From an uncultured beta proteobacterium (GTDB lineage Bacteria; Pseudomonadota; Gammaproteobacteria; Burkholderiales; SG8-41), in contig CALOEN010000032.1 of NCBI GenBank assembly GCA_942492335.1, positions 71,510 to 135,509 on the forward strand: 64,000 nt of DNA, in the 5' to 3' direction. Positions 52,174 to 63,465 of the stretch are shown here, in pieces (the first letter of the stretch is position 1; the number at the start of each line of letters is the position of its first letter). A program made the translations under genes and the position numbers. Below the pieces are notes generated by a model. The model was not told the origin of the DNA. It searched no databases and was given only the letters and a program-made list of their open reading frames with translations.

Positions 52174-53316
52174 TCAAGCATCAGGACTCCGGACTCCTGA
52201 CCCCTGACTTTTGGAGCTTCCGCCAAACAGACGCCGCCGTATCCGCTTGAACCAATAGCTATCCGGCAACAGCGCCGCGTAGACAAGCAGCAATAACAGG
52301 GCCTGATACCAGAGACTACCGAGCCACAGGGGCGTTATCCCGGTCTCCAACCAAGTCTCGGCGAGACGCTGTAGATTGAAAAAACCGAAATAGGCCATAA
52401 AGGCGAGGAACATACGTCCGGACGTCCCCTGCTTCGGCGAGATCGCCGTCAACGGGATCGCCATCAGCGTCAACGTCAGTATCGCAATGGGACTGGCGAT
52501 ACGATGCTCCAGCTCCGCCCGATCAGCCGGATCCACCGATCCGATCAGCTCCTCGGTCAACATCGTTGAATGCTTAGAACGGCCCTGGCTCCGTTCCCCG
52601 CGCGCGGGTATGAACAGACGATAGGTGGAAAACTGCCCGATCCCGTAGTCCAGCTGGCCGGGATTACCATCGTATCGCCAACCATCAATCAGTTTAACGA
52701 TGTGATCGCCACTGACTTGATCGGTACTGAACTGACCCAGATCACTGAGAACCAGCTTCTCAACATCGCCGCGAGCGTCGTGGATGAAGATGTTCCCCAG
52801 TTGCCTGCTCTGTTCCAGTGACTTGACGTAGATGGTAACCATCCCCTGCTCCATCTGGTAGAAGCGCCCGGCCTGCAAACCCGCAATCTGAGACGTTTGC
52901 TCCTTTTGCTGCGCTCTGATCATTGTGATCTCACCGGCGGCATAGGGCTGTAACTCCAACGCAAACCATGCGCAAATGACGGCAACCGGCAATGCGAAGA
53001 ACAACAGGGATCGATAGATCCGCGTCGGCCCCATGCCGCTGGCAGTCAACGCTATCAGCTCGCTGTCCCTCGCCATCCGGCCGAGGGCGATCAACACGGA
53101 CAGGAAGGCAGCCGGCGGTAACAGGCTCGACATATCCCTGACAATCTGCATCAACAGGAACCGAATGACGACGTCACTCGTCAATCCGCCGACATTGACC
53201 TCCTCAAGGGTGCGCAAAAACAGCATACTCGAGGTGATCAGTATCAGCACGCCCACCACGGCGCCGAAAACCTTCGAGACCTCGTACAGAAAGTATCGGT
53301 CAACGATCTTGAACAT
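52174..53316 (-). CDS. lptF: LPS export ABC transporter permease LptF
   Basis: IVDRY, LLPPAAFLSVLIALGRMARDSELIAL, GRFY, ELEHRIASP. Confidence 0.93.
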   Translation of the reverse strand: MFKIVDRYFLYEVSKVFGAVVGVLILITSSMLFLRTLEEVNVGGLTSDVVIRFLLMQIVRDMSSLLPPAAFLSVLIALGRMARDSELIALTASGMGPTRIYRSLLFFALPVAVICAWFALELQPYAAGEITMIRAQQKEQTSQIAGLQAGRFYQMEQGMVTIYVKSLEQSRQLGNIFIHDARGDVEKLVLSDLGQFSTDQVSGDHIVKLIDGWRYDGNPGQLDYGIGQFSTYRLFIPARGERSQGRSKHSTMLTEELIGSVDPADRAELEHRIASPIAILTLTLMAIPLTAISPKQGTSGRMFLAFMAYFGFFNLQRLAETWLETGITPLWLGSLWYQALLLLLVYAALLPDSYWFKRIRRRLFGGSSKSQGSGVRSPDA

Positions 53317-53592
53317 AAGACTTTGGATGCAGTGCGATTCCCAAAAACCTCCGGCTGAGAAACCTCTTTTACACAATACTGCGCGCGTCCAAAAGTACCG
53401 TGCAGAAGCCACATGATCCGGCGAACAACGACCGGTATCATAGCGTCTCAAAGGTGGCCGCGCGCAGTATAACGGCTTATTGCTAACAGCTTCTTCGCCG
53501 TGGCTCTGCCTGATTAGGGTCAGCGCACGGCTGGGGCTGTGAAGTTGTCTATACTGTCATCATCCAAGAAACGGCAGACTCCGACCCTACCA

Positions 53593-54312
53593 ATGGCCCG
53601 ATTACCCCGATTTGTCCTCCCAGGATACCCCCAGCATGTCATCCAACGTGGTATCAATCGGCAACCCATCCTGGTCGATGAGGCAGACTACTGGTTTTTG
53701 TGGGAGAAGTTATCCACTGCGGCAGGAAGGTTTCACTGCGATGTCCACGCCTACTGCCTGATGCCAAATCACTTCCACCTGTTGCTGACCCCGTGGCAGG
53801 AAGACGGCATCGGTAAATTGATGCAGTTCGTCGGACGCTATTACGTTCAATACTTCAACCGTCGTTATGACCGTAGCGGAACATTGTGGGAAGGGCGATA
53901 CCGCGCGACATTGCTCGATCCAATTGCCTACCTGATCCCTTGCAGCCGCTACGTGGAGCTCAACCCGGTACGTGCTGGCTTGGTCTCAGATCATGCGGAC
54001 TACGACTGGTCCAGCTACTCATGCAACGCAACCGGGCGCGAAGATGCGCTGATCACACCCCATCCCCAATACATGTCGCTCGGTCGGACCTCGAAGGCGC
54101 GCCACACCACCTACCGAAAGTCCTTCCGACAACCGCTCGGCGAGCCGTTATTGGCACGCATTCGAGAAGCAACAAACAAGGCATGGGCTCTGGGAGATGA
54201 CGAGTTCTGCAACGACCTGGAAGGACGAATCAATCGCCGAACCTCTCCCCGCCCACGCGGGGGAGACCGCCGCTCAGTGGCCTACCGCCAAGCCGCAGTG
54301 CACCATGTCTGA
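53593..54312 (+). mobile_element. REP-associated tyrosine transposase (HUH/Y1)
   Basis: MARLPR..PGYPQHVIQRG, AYCLMPNHFHLL (HUH), RSGTLWEGRY, YVELNPVRAG, YDWSSY. Confidence 0.92.
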
Positions 54313-54340
54313 CTAATGTTAGTTTTTTGACAGGGATCGC

Positions 54341-55516
54341 CTAGATCCCCGCCGCTTCGCCGCGGTGTCGCTGACGCACGGCTTGGGCCAGCTGGTGCAC
54401 GGCCATCGCATAGTAGCTGCTGTGATTGTAGCGGGTGATGACGTAGAAGTTCTTCAGCCCGAGCCAATAGTGGTAGCCGCCCTTGGCATCGAATTCCAAC
54501 AGACTGACCTCCCCCACCCCGTCCAGCGGGACCGTCGTACTTACACCCATCGCATCCAGCGCACCCAAACCATAGCGGCTGTCGTAACCGGTCTTGACCG
54601 AACGTGGCACCGGTGAGCCGCTGCGGGCACGCACCGTGACCAATTCACCGGTGCGCCAACCGTGGTGCTTGAAGTAGTTCGCAACGCTGCCGATGGCATC
54701 GACCGGATCCCACAGGTCGCGCCGGCCGTTACCATCGAAATCCACGGCAAATCGCTGGAAGCTGGTGGGCATGAATTGCCCCAACCCCATGGCCCCGGCG
54801 TAGGAGCCCACCGGCTTGAACGGATCGAAACCTTCGTCGCGACACATGACGAGGAAGGATTCAAGCTCGCCTGTAAAGAACTCGGAACGACGCGGATAAT
54901 CGAACGCCAGCGTGGACAACGCCTCGATAACCTTGTGCTTGCCGAGATAGCCTCCCCAACGGGTCTCGACACCGAGGATTGCGACCACATACTCGGGCGG
55001 CACGCCGTATTTTTCATGGGCCCGATCCAGTGTGGATCTGTAACGGCTCCAGAATGCGGCACCATTGCGGATGTTGTCGCTGGTCAGGAACTTGGCCCGA
55101 TAGCGGGTCCAGGCTCCGGTGGGACCGCTGGATGATTTGCGCTTCGGACGGTTCAGGAAATCAAGTATCCACTGCTGACGCTCGACGCGTGAAAAGATCG
55201 GCGCCAGATCATCGGGGTCCATGCCGTGAGCCCGTTCCATGCGCTGAATCAAAGCCGTCACCGCCGGATAACCCGCATAGTCACCGCTGACCCGCATCGA
55301 CCCCCTGGCTCCCGACACTCGGGCCTCGGATGACCACTGAGGCTGCAAAGTGCCCGCGACATTCGCGGTGGACCGGGTCCACGATTGTGAATACGACCTT
55401 GTCTTCGTTACCGATGATTGGTGCTGGATAGAGGTGGCGGAGGTCTTCTCCGGCTTGGAGCTGCACCCGGCTGCCACGAGCAAGCTCACCATCAAGACAG
55501 GAAGGGTTTTAAGCAT
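54341..55516 (-). CDS. mltB: Lytic murein transglycosylase B (lipoprotein)
   Basis: Lipobox AAGC, ILGVETRWG, GSYAGAMGLGQFMPTS, YVITRYNHS..YAMAV. Confidence 0.96.
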   Translation of the reverse strand: MLKTLPVLMVSLLVAAGCSSKPEKTSATSIQHQSSVTKTRSYSQSWTRSTANVAGTLQPQWSSEARVSGARGSMRVSGDYAGYPAVTALIQRMERAHGMDPDDLAPIFSRVERQQWILDFLNRPKRKSSSGPTGAWTRYRAKFLTSDNIRNGAAFWSRYRSTLDRAHEKYGVPPEYVVAILGVETRWGGYLGKHKVIEALSTLAFDYPRRSEFFTGELESFLVMCRDEGFDPFKPVGSYAGAMGLGQFMPTSFQRFAVDFDGNGRRDLWDPVDAIGSVANYFKHHGWRTGELVTVRARSGSPVPRSVKTGYDSRYGLGALDAMGVSTTVPLDGVGEVSLLEFDAKGGYHYWLGLKNFYVITRYNHSSYYAMAVHQLAQAVRQRHRGEAAGI

Positions 55517-55522
55517 GACAGG

Positions 55523-55909
55523 TCAGTCCGACAACACCAACAAAGCATCCATCTCCACCTCGGCCGACTTGGGCAACGCGGCCACCCCAAGCGCCGCCCT
55601 GGCAGGATAAGGCTCGGAAAAATACTCCGCCATAACCTGATTCACGGCCGGAAAATGACCCAGATCGGTCAGAAAGACATTCAGCTTCACCACATCCGAC
55701 AGGTCCCCACCGGCAGCCCGGGCGACAGCCTGCAAATTGTCGAAAACCCGGCGGATCTGTGCCTCCATGTCTCCGGCAACCAGTTCCATGGTCTCAGGCA
55801 CCAGCGGGATCTGGCCCGACAGATAAACAGCGTTTCCAATCTTCACGGCCTGTGAGTAGGTTCCGATCGCCTGCGGGGCCTGATCGGTACGGATGATTTC
55901 TTTCTGCAT
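55523..55909 (-). CDS. ridA: RidA family enamine/imine deaminase
   Basis: [33 protein letters not shown]. Confidence 0.96.
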   Translation of the reverse strand: MQKEIIRTDQAPQAIGTYSQAVKIGNAVYLSGQIPLVPETMELVAGDMEAQIRRVFDNLQAVARAAGGDLSDVVKLNVFLTDLGHFPAVNQVMAEYFSEPYPARAALGVAALPKSAEVEMDALLVLSD

Positions 55910-56227
55910 ACCCTTCCTCGAATATTGATTCACCGCGGAGACTGCGCGCGACCACCATTGAGACGCTCCATACCCATTGTGAGTAGCCGGATAGTGCAGC
56001 TTCTGCATGGCATTGTTGAGTACAGACAGTATTATTTCGGAGCCGTTGCGTTTGAATCCGGATTTCCTCTATCCAAGACGCCATGTTTACGAAGATCGCC
56101 AAGGAAGTGTGCAAGATAGGCAACAGAGCCATCCAGGTCAACGCGTGTTTACCCCTATTAGCGAGCCATCGCCTCGGACAGACGATCCATGAATCTGACA
56201 CATGTCGATCCAACGTCAGCATGGGTT

Positions 56228-56674
56228 CTACTCGAATAGCCGCTGCCACCAGCGCCGCCGATTCTTCGATTTGACCCGGGAAGATGGTAAATCCGCCGGA
56301 CGAATCTTGCTCATCACCCAACCGGGCAGAGGTGGATCATCACTGTAGCCGCACGAGACACCGAGATTATTGGGATCGAAGATCTTGATGAAGCTGGGTT
56401 GCTGCAGGTTGTCAGCATAGACGATGCCGCAATAGTCTTCCTGGTGCTCGGCACGCAGCAGCTTGTCGATCTCGGTCACGAAGGTCTCGACCTGCCCCGC
56501 GGTTGAGACCGTTTCCGGATGGGCCTCGCCGACCGCATAGATATACCAACCGTCATCGGCGGTTTCTCTGACCCTGCTCCACAGTGCATCGAGGTGATGC
56601 CAACGCAAGGCTGAGGTAAAGCTGCCGCGAAAGGCTTTGAGGAAAGGGTCGGTCGACGTTGGGTTCTGGTGCAT
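56228..56674 (-). CDS. Hypothetical protein with a Cys-containing motif
   Basis: DYCGIVYAD...IKIFDPNNLGVSCG...PPLPGW; coherent ORF ending RRRWWQRLF. Confidence 0.75.
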   Translation of the reverse strand: MHQNPTSTDPFLKAFRGSFTSALRWHHLDALWSRVRETADDGWYIYAVGEAHPETVSTAGQVETFVTEIDKLLRAEHQEDYCGIVYADNLQQPSFIKIFDPNNLGVSCGYSDDPPLPGWVMSKIRPADLPSSRVKSKNRRRWWQRLFE

Positions 56675-56812
56675 GGAACTTGATCTTCGGCGACACCGGG
56701 CGACCAGATTCATCGAGAGAATCAGGATCCAAGCCGGTGAGCTGCGTCTTCCTATGGACAACGGATTTTATGGTTGGGTATATTCACTTGTTTTGCCGGC
56801 ACAAACAACCCT

Positions 56813-57694
56813 ATGTCAGCCCTCTACCAATCCCAACTCTCCGACGTCGAGCTCATCAATCGAGGCAAGGTACGCGATATCTATCGTGTGAACGAGGATC
56901 ACATGCTGATCGTCACCACCGATCGCCTATCGGCCTTCGATGTCATCCTACCTCAACCCATACCCGGCAAGGGCGAGGTCCTGACCCGGGTCGCCAACTT
57001 CTGGTTCGAGCGCACCCGCGACATCGTACCCAATCACCTGTCCGGCATCACCGTCGATCAAGTGGTCCGGCATTCCGACGAACGAACCGCACTCGGTGAC
57101 CGTGGCGTAGTGGTGCGCAAGCTCAAGGCCCTGCCCGTCGAGGCGATCATACGCGGCTATATCATCGGCTCCGGATGGAAAGATTACCAGCGTACCGGAA
57201 CCGTTTGCGGGATCGATCTGCCTGATGGACTGCAGCAGGCCGATAAGCTTCCCGAGGCCATCTACACTCCATCGACGAAGGCCGAGATCGGCAAGCACGA
57301 CGAAAATATCGACTTCGAACGCACCGTTGACCTGCTCGGCGACGATTTGGCGAAGCAGGTGCGGGACGTTAGTCTGCGCATCTACACGGAATGCGCCGCG
57401 TTCGCTCTCGAACGGGGTATTATCATTGCCGATACCAAATTCGAATTCGGACTGGACGAGGGTGGCCGTCTGCATCTGATCGATGAGGTCCTGACGCCGG
57501 ACTCGTCGCGATTCTGGCCGGCGGATCAGTATCGGCCGGGCATTAGTCCCCCGAGTTTCGACAAGCAGTTCGTGCGTGATTACCTGGAGACGCTGGATTG
57601 GGACAAAACCCCTCCGGGACCGGAATTACCCGCCGGCATCATCGACAAGACAGCCGCCAAGTACCAAGAGGCCGAGGAAAGATTGACCCAGTAG
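56813..57694 (+). CDS. purC: Phosphoribosylaminoimidazole-succinocarboxamide synthase
   Basis: [43 protein letters not shown]. Confidence 0.98.
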   Translation: MSALYQSQLSDVELINRGKVRDIYRVNEDHMLIVTTDRLSAFDVILPQPIPGKGEVLTRVANFWFERTRDIVPNHLSGITVDQVVRHSDERTALGDRGVVVRKLKALPVEAIIRGYIIGSGWKDYQRTGTVCGIDLPDGLQQADKLPEAIYTPSTKAEIGKHDENIDFERTVDLLGDDLAKQVRDVSLRIYTECAAFALERGIIIADTKFEFGLDEGGRLHLIDEVLTPDSSRFWPADQYRPGISPPSFDKQFVRDYLETLDWDKTPPGPELPAGIIDKTAAKYQEAEERLTQ

Positions 57695-57886
57695 AGGTCG
57701 CCCGCTCAGGCTGTTGCAGCGCGATGATAAATAACGTAGCAGATTGAAAAAACTGATCTTATCCCCCTTTGTCTGGCGGATAGCGGAGACGATGGACCAG
57801 ATAGAGCAAATTCTTCATCGGGGGGATTTCGGCCTCAACGTGAAGTAGAAGGATTGCAAAGGCGGGGAAGAATCTGCCGCAGAAAC

Positions 57887-57916
57887 AAAAAACGCCGGCC
57901 TGATAAGGTCGGCGTT
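57887..57916 (-). terminator. Rho-independent terminator downstream of tRNA-Met
   Basis: On the minus strand: AACGCCGACC-TTATCA-GGCCGGCGTT followed by TTTT. Confidence 0.75.
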
Positions 57917-57924
57917 AATAAAAT

Positions 57925-58001
<77 letters not shown>

Positions 58002-58048
58002 AATCGGGAACGGCGATAATACAGACACACCATTGATGCGTCAATACC

Positions 58049-59140
58049 TCACACGTTAAAACGAAAATGGATGACATCGCCGTCCTGCACGACGTAATTT
58101 TTTCCCTCGGAACGCAGCTTGCCCGCCTCCTTCGCCCCCTGCTCCCCGTTCAGCGCGATAAAGTCGTCGTAGGCGATCACCTCGGCACGGATGAAGCCCC
58201 GCTCGAAATCCGTATGGATCACGCCAGCCGCGCGCGGCGCGGTCGCATTCCGCGGGATCGTCCATGCCCGAACCTCCTTTGGACCCGCGGTAAAATAGGT
58301 CTCCAAACCCAAAAGACGATAGCCGGCACGCACCACGCGGTTCAGTCCGGGCTCCTCCAGCCCCAAATCCGCGAGAAACTCGCCCTTCTCATCGTCTTCG
58401 AGCTCGACGATCTCCGCCTCGATGGCCGCACACACGGGCACCACCTCAGCACCCTCTTCGGCTGCCAACTCACGCACTGAATCCAACCAAGGGTTGGATT
58501 CGAAGCCATCCTCCGCGACGTTTGCAATGTACATCGTCGGCTTTCCAGTGAGCAAAAAAAGGTCCCGCATTTCACCCTGCTCATCCACGTCCAAGTCGAG
58601 GGCCCGAACCGGCTTACCCATATCCAATTGATCCCGCACGCGCTCAAGCAATGCCTGCCGAACCAGCACCTTCTTGTCTCCGGTTTTCGCCATACGCTGG
58701 GCACGGTCCAATGCCTTCTCGACAGAATCCAGGTCCGCCAAGGCAAGCTCGGTATGGATAATCTCGATGTCACGCAACGGATCCACGCTGCCGGAGACAT
58801 GCACGACATCATCGTCCTCGAAACAGCGAACCACATGGGCAATGGCGTCAGTCTCCCGGATATTGGCCAAAAACTGATTCCCCAACCCCTCCCCCTTCGA
58901 AGCGCCCTCGACCAGGCCGGCAATATCGACGAACTGCATCGTCGTCGTCAGGACGTTCTTCGGTTTGACAATCTCCGCGATACGCTCGAGCCGCGGATCC
59001 GGCAGCGGAACTACTCCAACATTCGGCTCGATCGTGCAGAAGGGATAGTTGTCAGCCGCGATGCTAGCCTTTGTCAGCGCATTGAACAGGGTGGACTTCC
59101 CTACATTCGGAAGACCGACGATACCGCATTTAAATCCCAT
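58049..59140 (-). CDS. ychF: Redox-regulated ATPase YchF
   Basis: [44 protein letters not shown]. Confidence 0.98.
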   Translation of the reverse strand: MGFKCGIVGLPNVGKSTLFNALTKASIAADNYPFCTIEPNVGVVPLPDPRLERIAEIVKPKNVLTTTMQFVDIAGLVEGASKGEGLGNQFLANIRETDAIAHVVRCFEDDDVVHVSGSVDPLRDIEIIHTELALADLDSVEKALDRAQRMAKTGDKKVLVRQALLERVRDQLDMGKPVRALDLDVDEQGEMRDLFLLTGKPTMYIANVAEDGFESNPWLDSVRELAAEEGAEVVPVCAAIEAEIVELEDDEKGEFLADLGLEEPGLNRVVRAGYRLLGLETYFTAGPKEVRAWTIPRNATAPRAAGVIHTDFERGFIRAEVIAYDDFIALNGEQGAKEAGKLRSEGKNYVVQDGDVIHFRFNV

Positions 59141-59318
59141 GTTGATCCCGTGCCGGAAAAGGCGCGAATATTACATGAAACCGGGTCGATCCCGCCACTC
59201 CATACGATCATTCGCGCGTCCAGTAGTGCCAGGAAAACACTGGCCGAGACGGCGGCTCACGACGGGCAAAATGAGCCTTAAATGTCGCCGCATGCAGTAT
59301 AACGGCTGTATTCAGCCC

Positions 59319-60386
59319 TTAACGCCTCGCATGCTCGACCAACTCATGCCGGGGCCATGCCGACAGGATGGCCTGCACCAAGGTCGCCAACGGAATCGCG
59401 AAAAACACCCCCCAGAACCCCCACAGTCCACCGAAGACCAGGATCGCGACGATGATACCCACCGGATGGAGATCGACCACCTCGGAGAACAGCAGCGGAA
59501 CCAGTACGTTGCCATCCAACACCTGGATGACGAAATAGCCCCCCGCCACCCAGGCGAACTGCGAGGTCCAGCCCCACTGAAACCAGGCGATCAACAGAAC
59601 CGGAACCGTCACCACGGACGCCCCGATGTAGGGGACGATCACGGACAGCCCGACGACCAGCCCAAGCAACATGGAGTAATTGAGCCCAAAGGTATAGAAG
59701 GTGGCGTAACTCACCATCCAAACGACCAGGATCTCCCAAAACTTGCCCCTGACATAGTTGGAGATCTGTCGATCCACATCCCGCCACACGGTACCGGCGA
59801 TCTTTTGGTGCTGGGGCAAATAACGCTGAAACCAGCCCAGGATCAGATCCCTGTCCTTCAGGAAAAAGAACACCAACAACGGCATCAGAAACAGATAGAC
59901 CAGGATCGTGATGATCCCGACGACGGAGGACATGGACCAGGACACCGCAAGTTGACCAAAGTTGGCGATCTCTGCTCGGAGCGAGCCAATCAGCGCATCG
60001 ATCTGCTCGGGTGTAATGATCCCCGGATAACGCTCGGGCAATCCCATCAGCACGCTCTGACCCGCCGAGATCATCGTAGGCAACTGCTGTACCAGGTCCG
60101 TCACCTGCCGCGAGACGAGAGGCATGACACCGAATAATACCAGTGCCACAAAAAACAGGAAGGCGACGTAAACCAACAAGACCGCGAGCAGACGCGGCCA
60201 GCCGAACCGCTCGAAATGCCCCACCAACCCTTCCAGCAAATAGGCGATAACAATGCTCGCCAGGACCGGCGCCAGCATATGGCCCATGGTCAGGACGATG
60301 GCGAACCCAGTCAGCAGGAAGACGGCAAGGAAGAGGACTTGTGGGTCGGAAAGGTAACGCCGGAACCAATCGGCGAGTATCTGCAT
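59319..60386 (-). CDS. AI-2E family transporter (PerM-like)
   Basis: Multi-TM; LAPVLASIVIAYLL, YVRGK, IVPYIG, LDGNVLVP. Confidence 0.93.
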   Translation of the reverse strand: MQILADWFRRYLSDPQVLFLAVFLLTGFAIVLTMGHMLAPVLASIVIAYLLEGLVGHFERFGWPRLLAVLLVYVAFLFFVALVLFGVMPLVSRQVTDLVQQLPTMISAGQSVLMGLPERYPGIITPEQIDALIGSLRAEIANFGQLAVSWSMSSVVGIITILVYLFLMPLLVFFFLKDRDLILGWFQRYLPQHQKIAGTVWRDVDRQISNYVRGKFWEILVVWMVSYATFYTFGLNYSMLLGLVVGLSVIVPYIGASVVTVPVLLIAWFQWGWTSQFAWVAGGYFVIQVLDGNVLVPLLFSEVVDLHPVGIIVAILVFGGLWGFWGVFFAIPLATLVQAILSAWPRHELVEHARR

Positions 60387-60407
60387 GTGCTTGCGAGTCC
60401 TGTGGAA

Positions 60408-60785
60408 CTAGCGGCGAAATGCCTCAAGGTAGTCTTCATAACAACGCTGAAACAGGGCTTCCAGCTCTTTGATAACAACTTCCCTCGGTCTGCCCTGGAG
60501 CACATGGGCAGACATCAAGGTGGAGGTATCGTTGAGCATCTTGCCCCGGTCCAGCATATGGTAGCTCTGCGACAAACGTTTGATCGCGGCGACCATCGTC
60601 TCCCCGGGTTGCGGATCGATCCGCCTCGGTTCCACCGGCCCCTGCGCGCAGGCATCCGCCGCGGCTCCCGCACGTGACAGCAAAAATTCGGCGAACGCCA
60701 GTAGGGTTTTTTTGTCCTCGGGCGGCAACGCCCCGAACACCTGACCCAGGCGTTGGTCATCACGCAGCTTTGCCTTTGTTATCAT
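60408..60785 (-). CDS. Hypothetical protein
   Basis: LLAFAEFL...P.P.ETMVAAIKRLSQSYHMLD...LM..HVLQGR; coherent ORF coupled to the LysR gene. Confidence 0.75.
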   Translation of the reverse strand: MITKAKLRDDQRLGQVFGALPPEDKKTLLAFAEFLLSRAGAAADACAQGPVEPRRIDPQPGETMVAAIKRLSQSYHMLDRGKMLNDTSTLMSAHVLQGRPREVVIKELEALFQRCYEDYLEAFRR

Positions 60786-60803
60786 CGGTCGATCCGTACT
60801 CGA

Positions 60804-61706
60804 TCAATCGCTATGGGTCTCGCAATAATTGCGAGCAAATTCCAGCAACTCTTCCATAACATGGAGGCGGAACTTCTGCTTCTGGTGCACGAACGAGAAG
60901 GGCCGATACAGTGGCGGATCCATATTCAACTCAACCAGGGTCTGCAATTTCAGCTCTTTCTGAATCGTTGCCCGCGATACCACGGACACGCCCATGCCGG
61001 CCTCCACAGCCCCCTTCACCGCCTCCGGACTACCGAGCTCCATGGCAATCTTCAACGACGCGCTGCACTGCGGCTGATGCTGCAGATAGTCGTTGATGAC
61101 CTCGCGGGTGCCGGAGCCTTCCTCCCGGCAAATAAACGGAAACTCGATCAGCCGGGCAAAGGTCACGCTGCCCTCCTTCGACAGGGTGTGACCAGGGGGC
61201 ACGATAGCCACCAATTGATCCCGCTTGCAGGTCTCGACCACAAGGTTCTTGTTACCGACCGGGGACTCGACAACACCGAGGTCGATGGTGTTGTTCTCGA
61301 CCATGGATACGATACCTTCGCTGTTCGAGACCTTCAGATGGATGGCCACATCCGGATACTTCTCCTTGAAATCCCCCAGCAGGGTCGGCAGCATATACTC
61401 AGCGATCGTTGTGCTGGCCCCGATGGTCAATGCCCCGCTTATCTCACCGGTGATCTCTCGCACCGAGTTTTCCATCTCCGCGTACAGATCGAAAATCCGG
61501 TCTGCATAGGACCAGACCGTTTTACCCGCCTCAGTCATGCTGATTCGATTGTGGGTCCGATCGAACAATCGGGTATTGAAGTACTCCTCGAGTTGCCGAA
61601 CCTGAAAGGTCACCGCCGGCTGAGTCATGTGCAGCGTCTCAGCGGCCTTGGTGAAGCTCAGGAGACGGGCAACCGTATGGAAGACCTGCAGTCTGCGATC
61701 CGCCAT
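60804..61706 (-). CDS. LysR family transcriptional regulator
   Basis: MADRRLQVFHTVARLLSFTKAAETLHMTQPAVTFQV, IGASTTIAEY. Confidence 0.96.
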   Translation of the reverse strand: MADRRLQVFHTVARLLSFTKAAETLHMTQPAVTFQVRQLEEYFNTRLFDRTHNRISMTEAGKTVWSYADRIFDLYAEMENSVREITGEISGALTIGASTTIAEYMLPTLLGDFKEKYPDVAIHLKVSNSEGIVSMVENNTIDLGVVESPVGNKNLVVETCKRDQLVAIVPPGHTLSKEGSVTFARLIEFPFICREEGSGTREVINDYLQHQPQCSASLKIAMELGSPEAVKGAVEAGMGVSVVSRATIQKELKLQTLVELNMDPPLYRPFSFVHQKQKFRLHVMEELLEFARNYCETHSD

Positions 61707-61732
61707 GGCGACTAATCCCAATACATTGCCGA

Positions 61733-61747
61733 ATAAAAAATCTTTAT
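61733..61747. promoter_or_regulatory. LysR-type T-N11-A box
   Basis: ATAA-N7-TTAT, 27 bp upstream of the LysR start, in the divergent intergenic region. Confidence 0.5.
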
Positions 61748-61985
61748 AACATATTGCGCCCAGACTCGGATACCTTGCAAAAAACAAGCATGGATCTGTC
61801 GCTGATCTGCATCAAGGAATGTGGAGCGAGTAACAATCAGGCAACGTCATTTGATTATTTACGCCACAACGGCTGGATAAATGTGACCTCCTCACCTATC
61901 CTCCCCTCTACAGGTATTAGAGCCTCAGGCCGCTTCAGGCCGATTCAGGCCGAAATTTAGAATCAATACTGACGAGGGAAAACCG

Positions 61986-63281
61986 GTGACTAAATCAGTT
62001 ACAACGGCCTTGGCGAGCGGACTCGTCCTACTGCTTGCACAATCCACTGCATCCGCCTCGGGATACGGTCTTCCCGAGATCTCGGCCGCGGGCGTCGGCA
62101 CGACCAACGCACTGGTCGCCAACCCCGACGAGACCGGCGCCTTCCCTTACAACCCCGCGGCCATGGGCTTCCACGACAAGACTAGTGTTTCCATAGGCGG
62201 CATGTTGATCGGCCCAACCTTCAAGGTGGAAACCAACACCGGCAAGCACCAGAGCGAGGGCGCTGATTGGATCGCAACAGGTTTTTTCCAGGGGGCGATC
62301 AAGGCGAGCCCGCGGTGGACCCTCGGGTTCGGCGTCAACTCTCCGCTCGGGCTGGAGAATCGATGGCAAGAAGGGACCTTTCCAAAGCTCAGCGGCTCCA
62401 CCACGGTACCGCTCCCACCGCCGTTGGGTCCAACCCCGCTTCCGAACGGCTCCCACCCGACGAACAGTAAGCTCCAGGTCGTCGACTTCGTACCCACCGC
62501 GACCTACCGGATGAACGATAACCTCAGCATCTCCGGAGGCATCGACTTGTATTGGATCAAGCAGGCGGTCCTGAACTCATCTCTTGGTAAGCTCGATGGA
62601 GACGGCACCGGCCTGGGATTCAATTTGAGCTTTCTGTACGTTCGAGACGCGTTGAGCGTTGGCGCGTCCTTCCATTCAGCGTCAAAGGTCGATGTCGAGG
62701 GACGTTATCGCCCCCTGAACCAGACTCTGGTGATGCTCGGCGCGATACTCCCCGCACAAAGTGCATCCGTCGACGTCAACCTACCCTGGCGTCTGCAGTT
62801 GGGCCTGCGCTACGAGATCAACACGGACTGGGCCGTCGAATTCGACTTGAACCGAACAGGCTGGAGTGAATTCGATGAGCTCGTGGTCAAGGGCGATCAG
62901 ACCGGAGGCACCATCTTCCGCGACACGAATAACTGGGATGATGCCAACGCCTTTCGGTTTGCCACCACCTACCAACTGCTGCCCGAGACCCAACTGCGAT
63001 TTGGCTACACCTATGACAAGACCCCACAGGGAGACGCCCACTACAGCGCCCGCGTGCCCGACAATGACCGTCATCTGTTTGGTATCGGAGTCGCCCATGA
63101 ACTGACAGACGGACTGGCCCTCGAGTTTGGCTATCTGTATGTGCGCAACGAAGAACGCAACTTCCGCAGTACAAGGCCTTACGAGGGACTGGGCAGCGAC
63201 GTCAACGGAACGGATGCACTGGACGGCAAGTACAATTCTCACGCTCATCTGATCGCGTTCGAGCTGCGCAAGTACTTCTGA
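61986..63281 (+). CDS. OmpP1/FadL family outer-membrane transporter
   Basis: Signal peptide ending ASA-SGY, NPAAM, PWRLQLG, RVPDNDRH, terminal Phe. Confidence 0.92.
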   Translation: MTKSVTTALASGLVLLLAQSTASASGYGLPEISAAGVGTTNALVANPDETGAFPYNPAAMGFHDKTSVSIGGMLIGPTFKVETNTGKHQSEGADWIATGFFQGAIKASPRWTLGFGVNSPLGLENRWQEGTFPKLSGSTTVPLPPPLGPTPLPNGSHPTNSKLQVVDFVPTATYRMNDNLSISGGIDLYWIKQAVLNSSLGKLDGDGTGLGFNLSFLYVRDALSVGASFHSASKVDVEGRYRPLNQTLVMLGAILPAQSASVDVNLPWRLQLGLRYEINTDWAVEFDLNRTGWSEFDELVVKGDQTGGTIFRDTNNWDDANAFRFATTYQLLPETQLRFGYTYDKTPQGDAHYSARVPDNDRHLFGIGVAHELTDGLALEFGYLYVRNEERNFRSTRPYEGLGSDVNGTDALDGKYNSHAHLIAFELRKYF

Positions 63282-63465
63282 GCAGCCCGCATTGCTCCAC
63301 ACCATCCTCCGTTCGAGGCCATGCGGCTGGAGCCGGCATCCTTGTGGAGTTGAGCAGACCCTGTGCTCAGCCGACACGTGTTGCGTTGGTTCATCCGCCG
63401 GGGATTGCTTGACCTCAACCTACGTATTCTGTTTCACCTATTCTTGAACCAATGCTGCTCAACAA

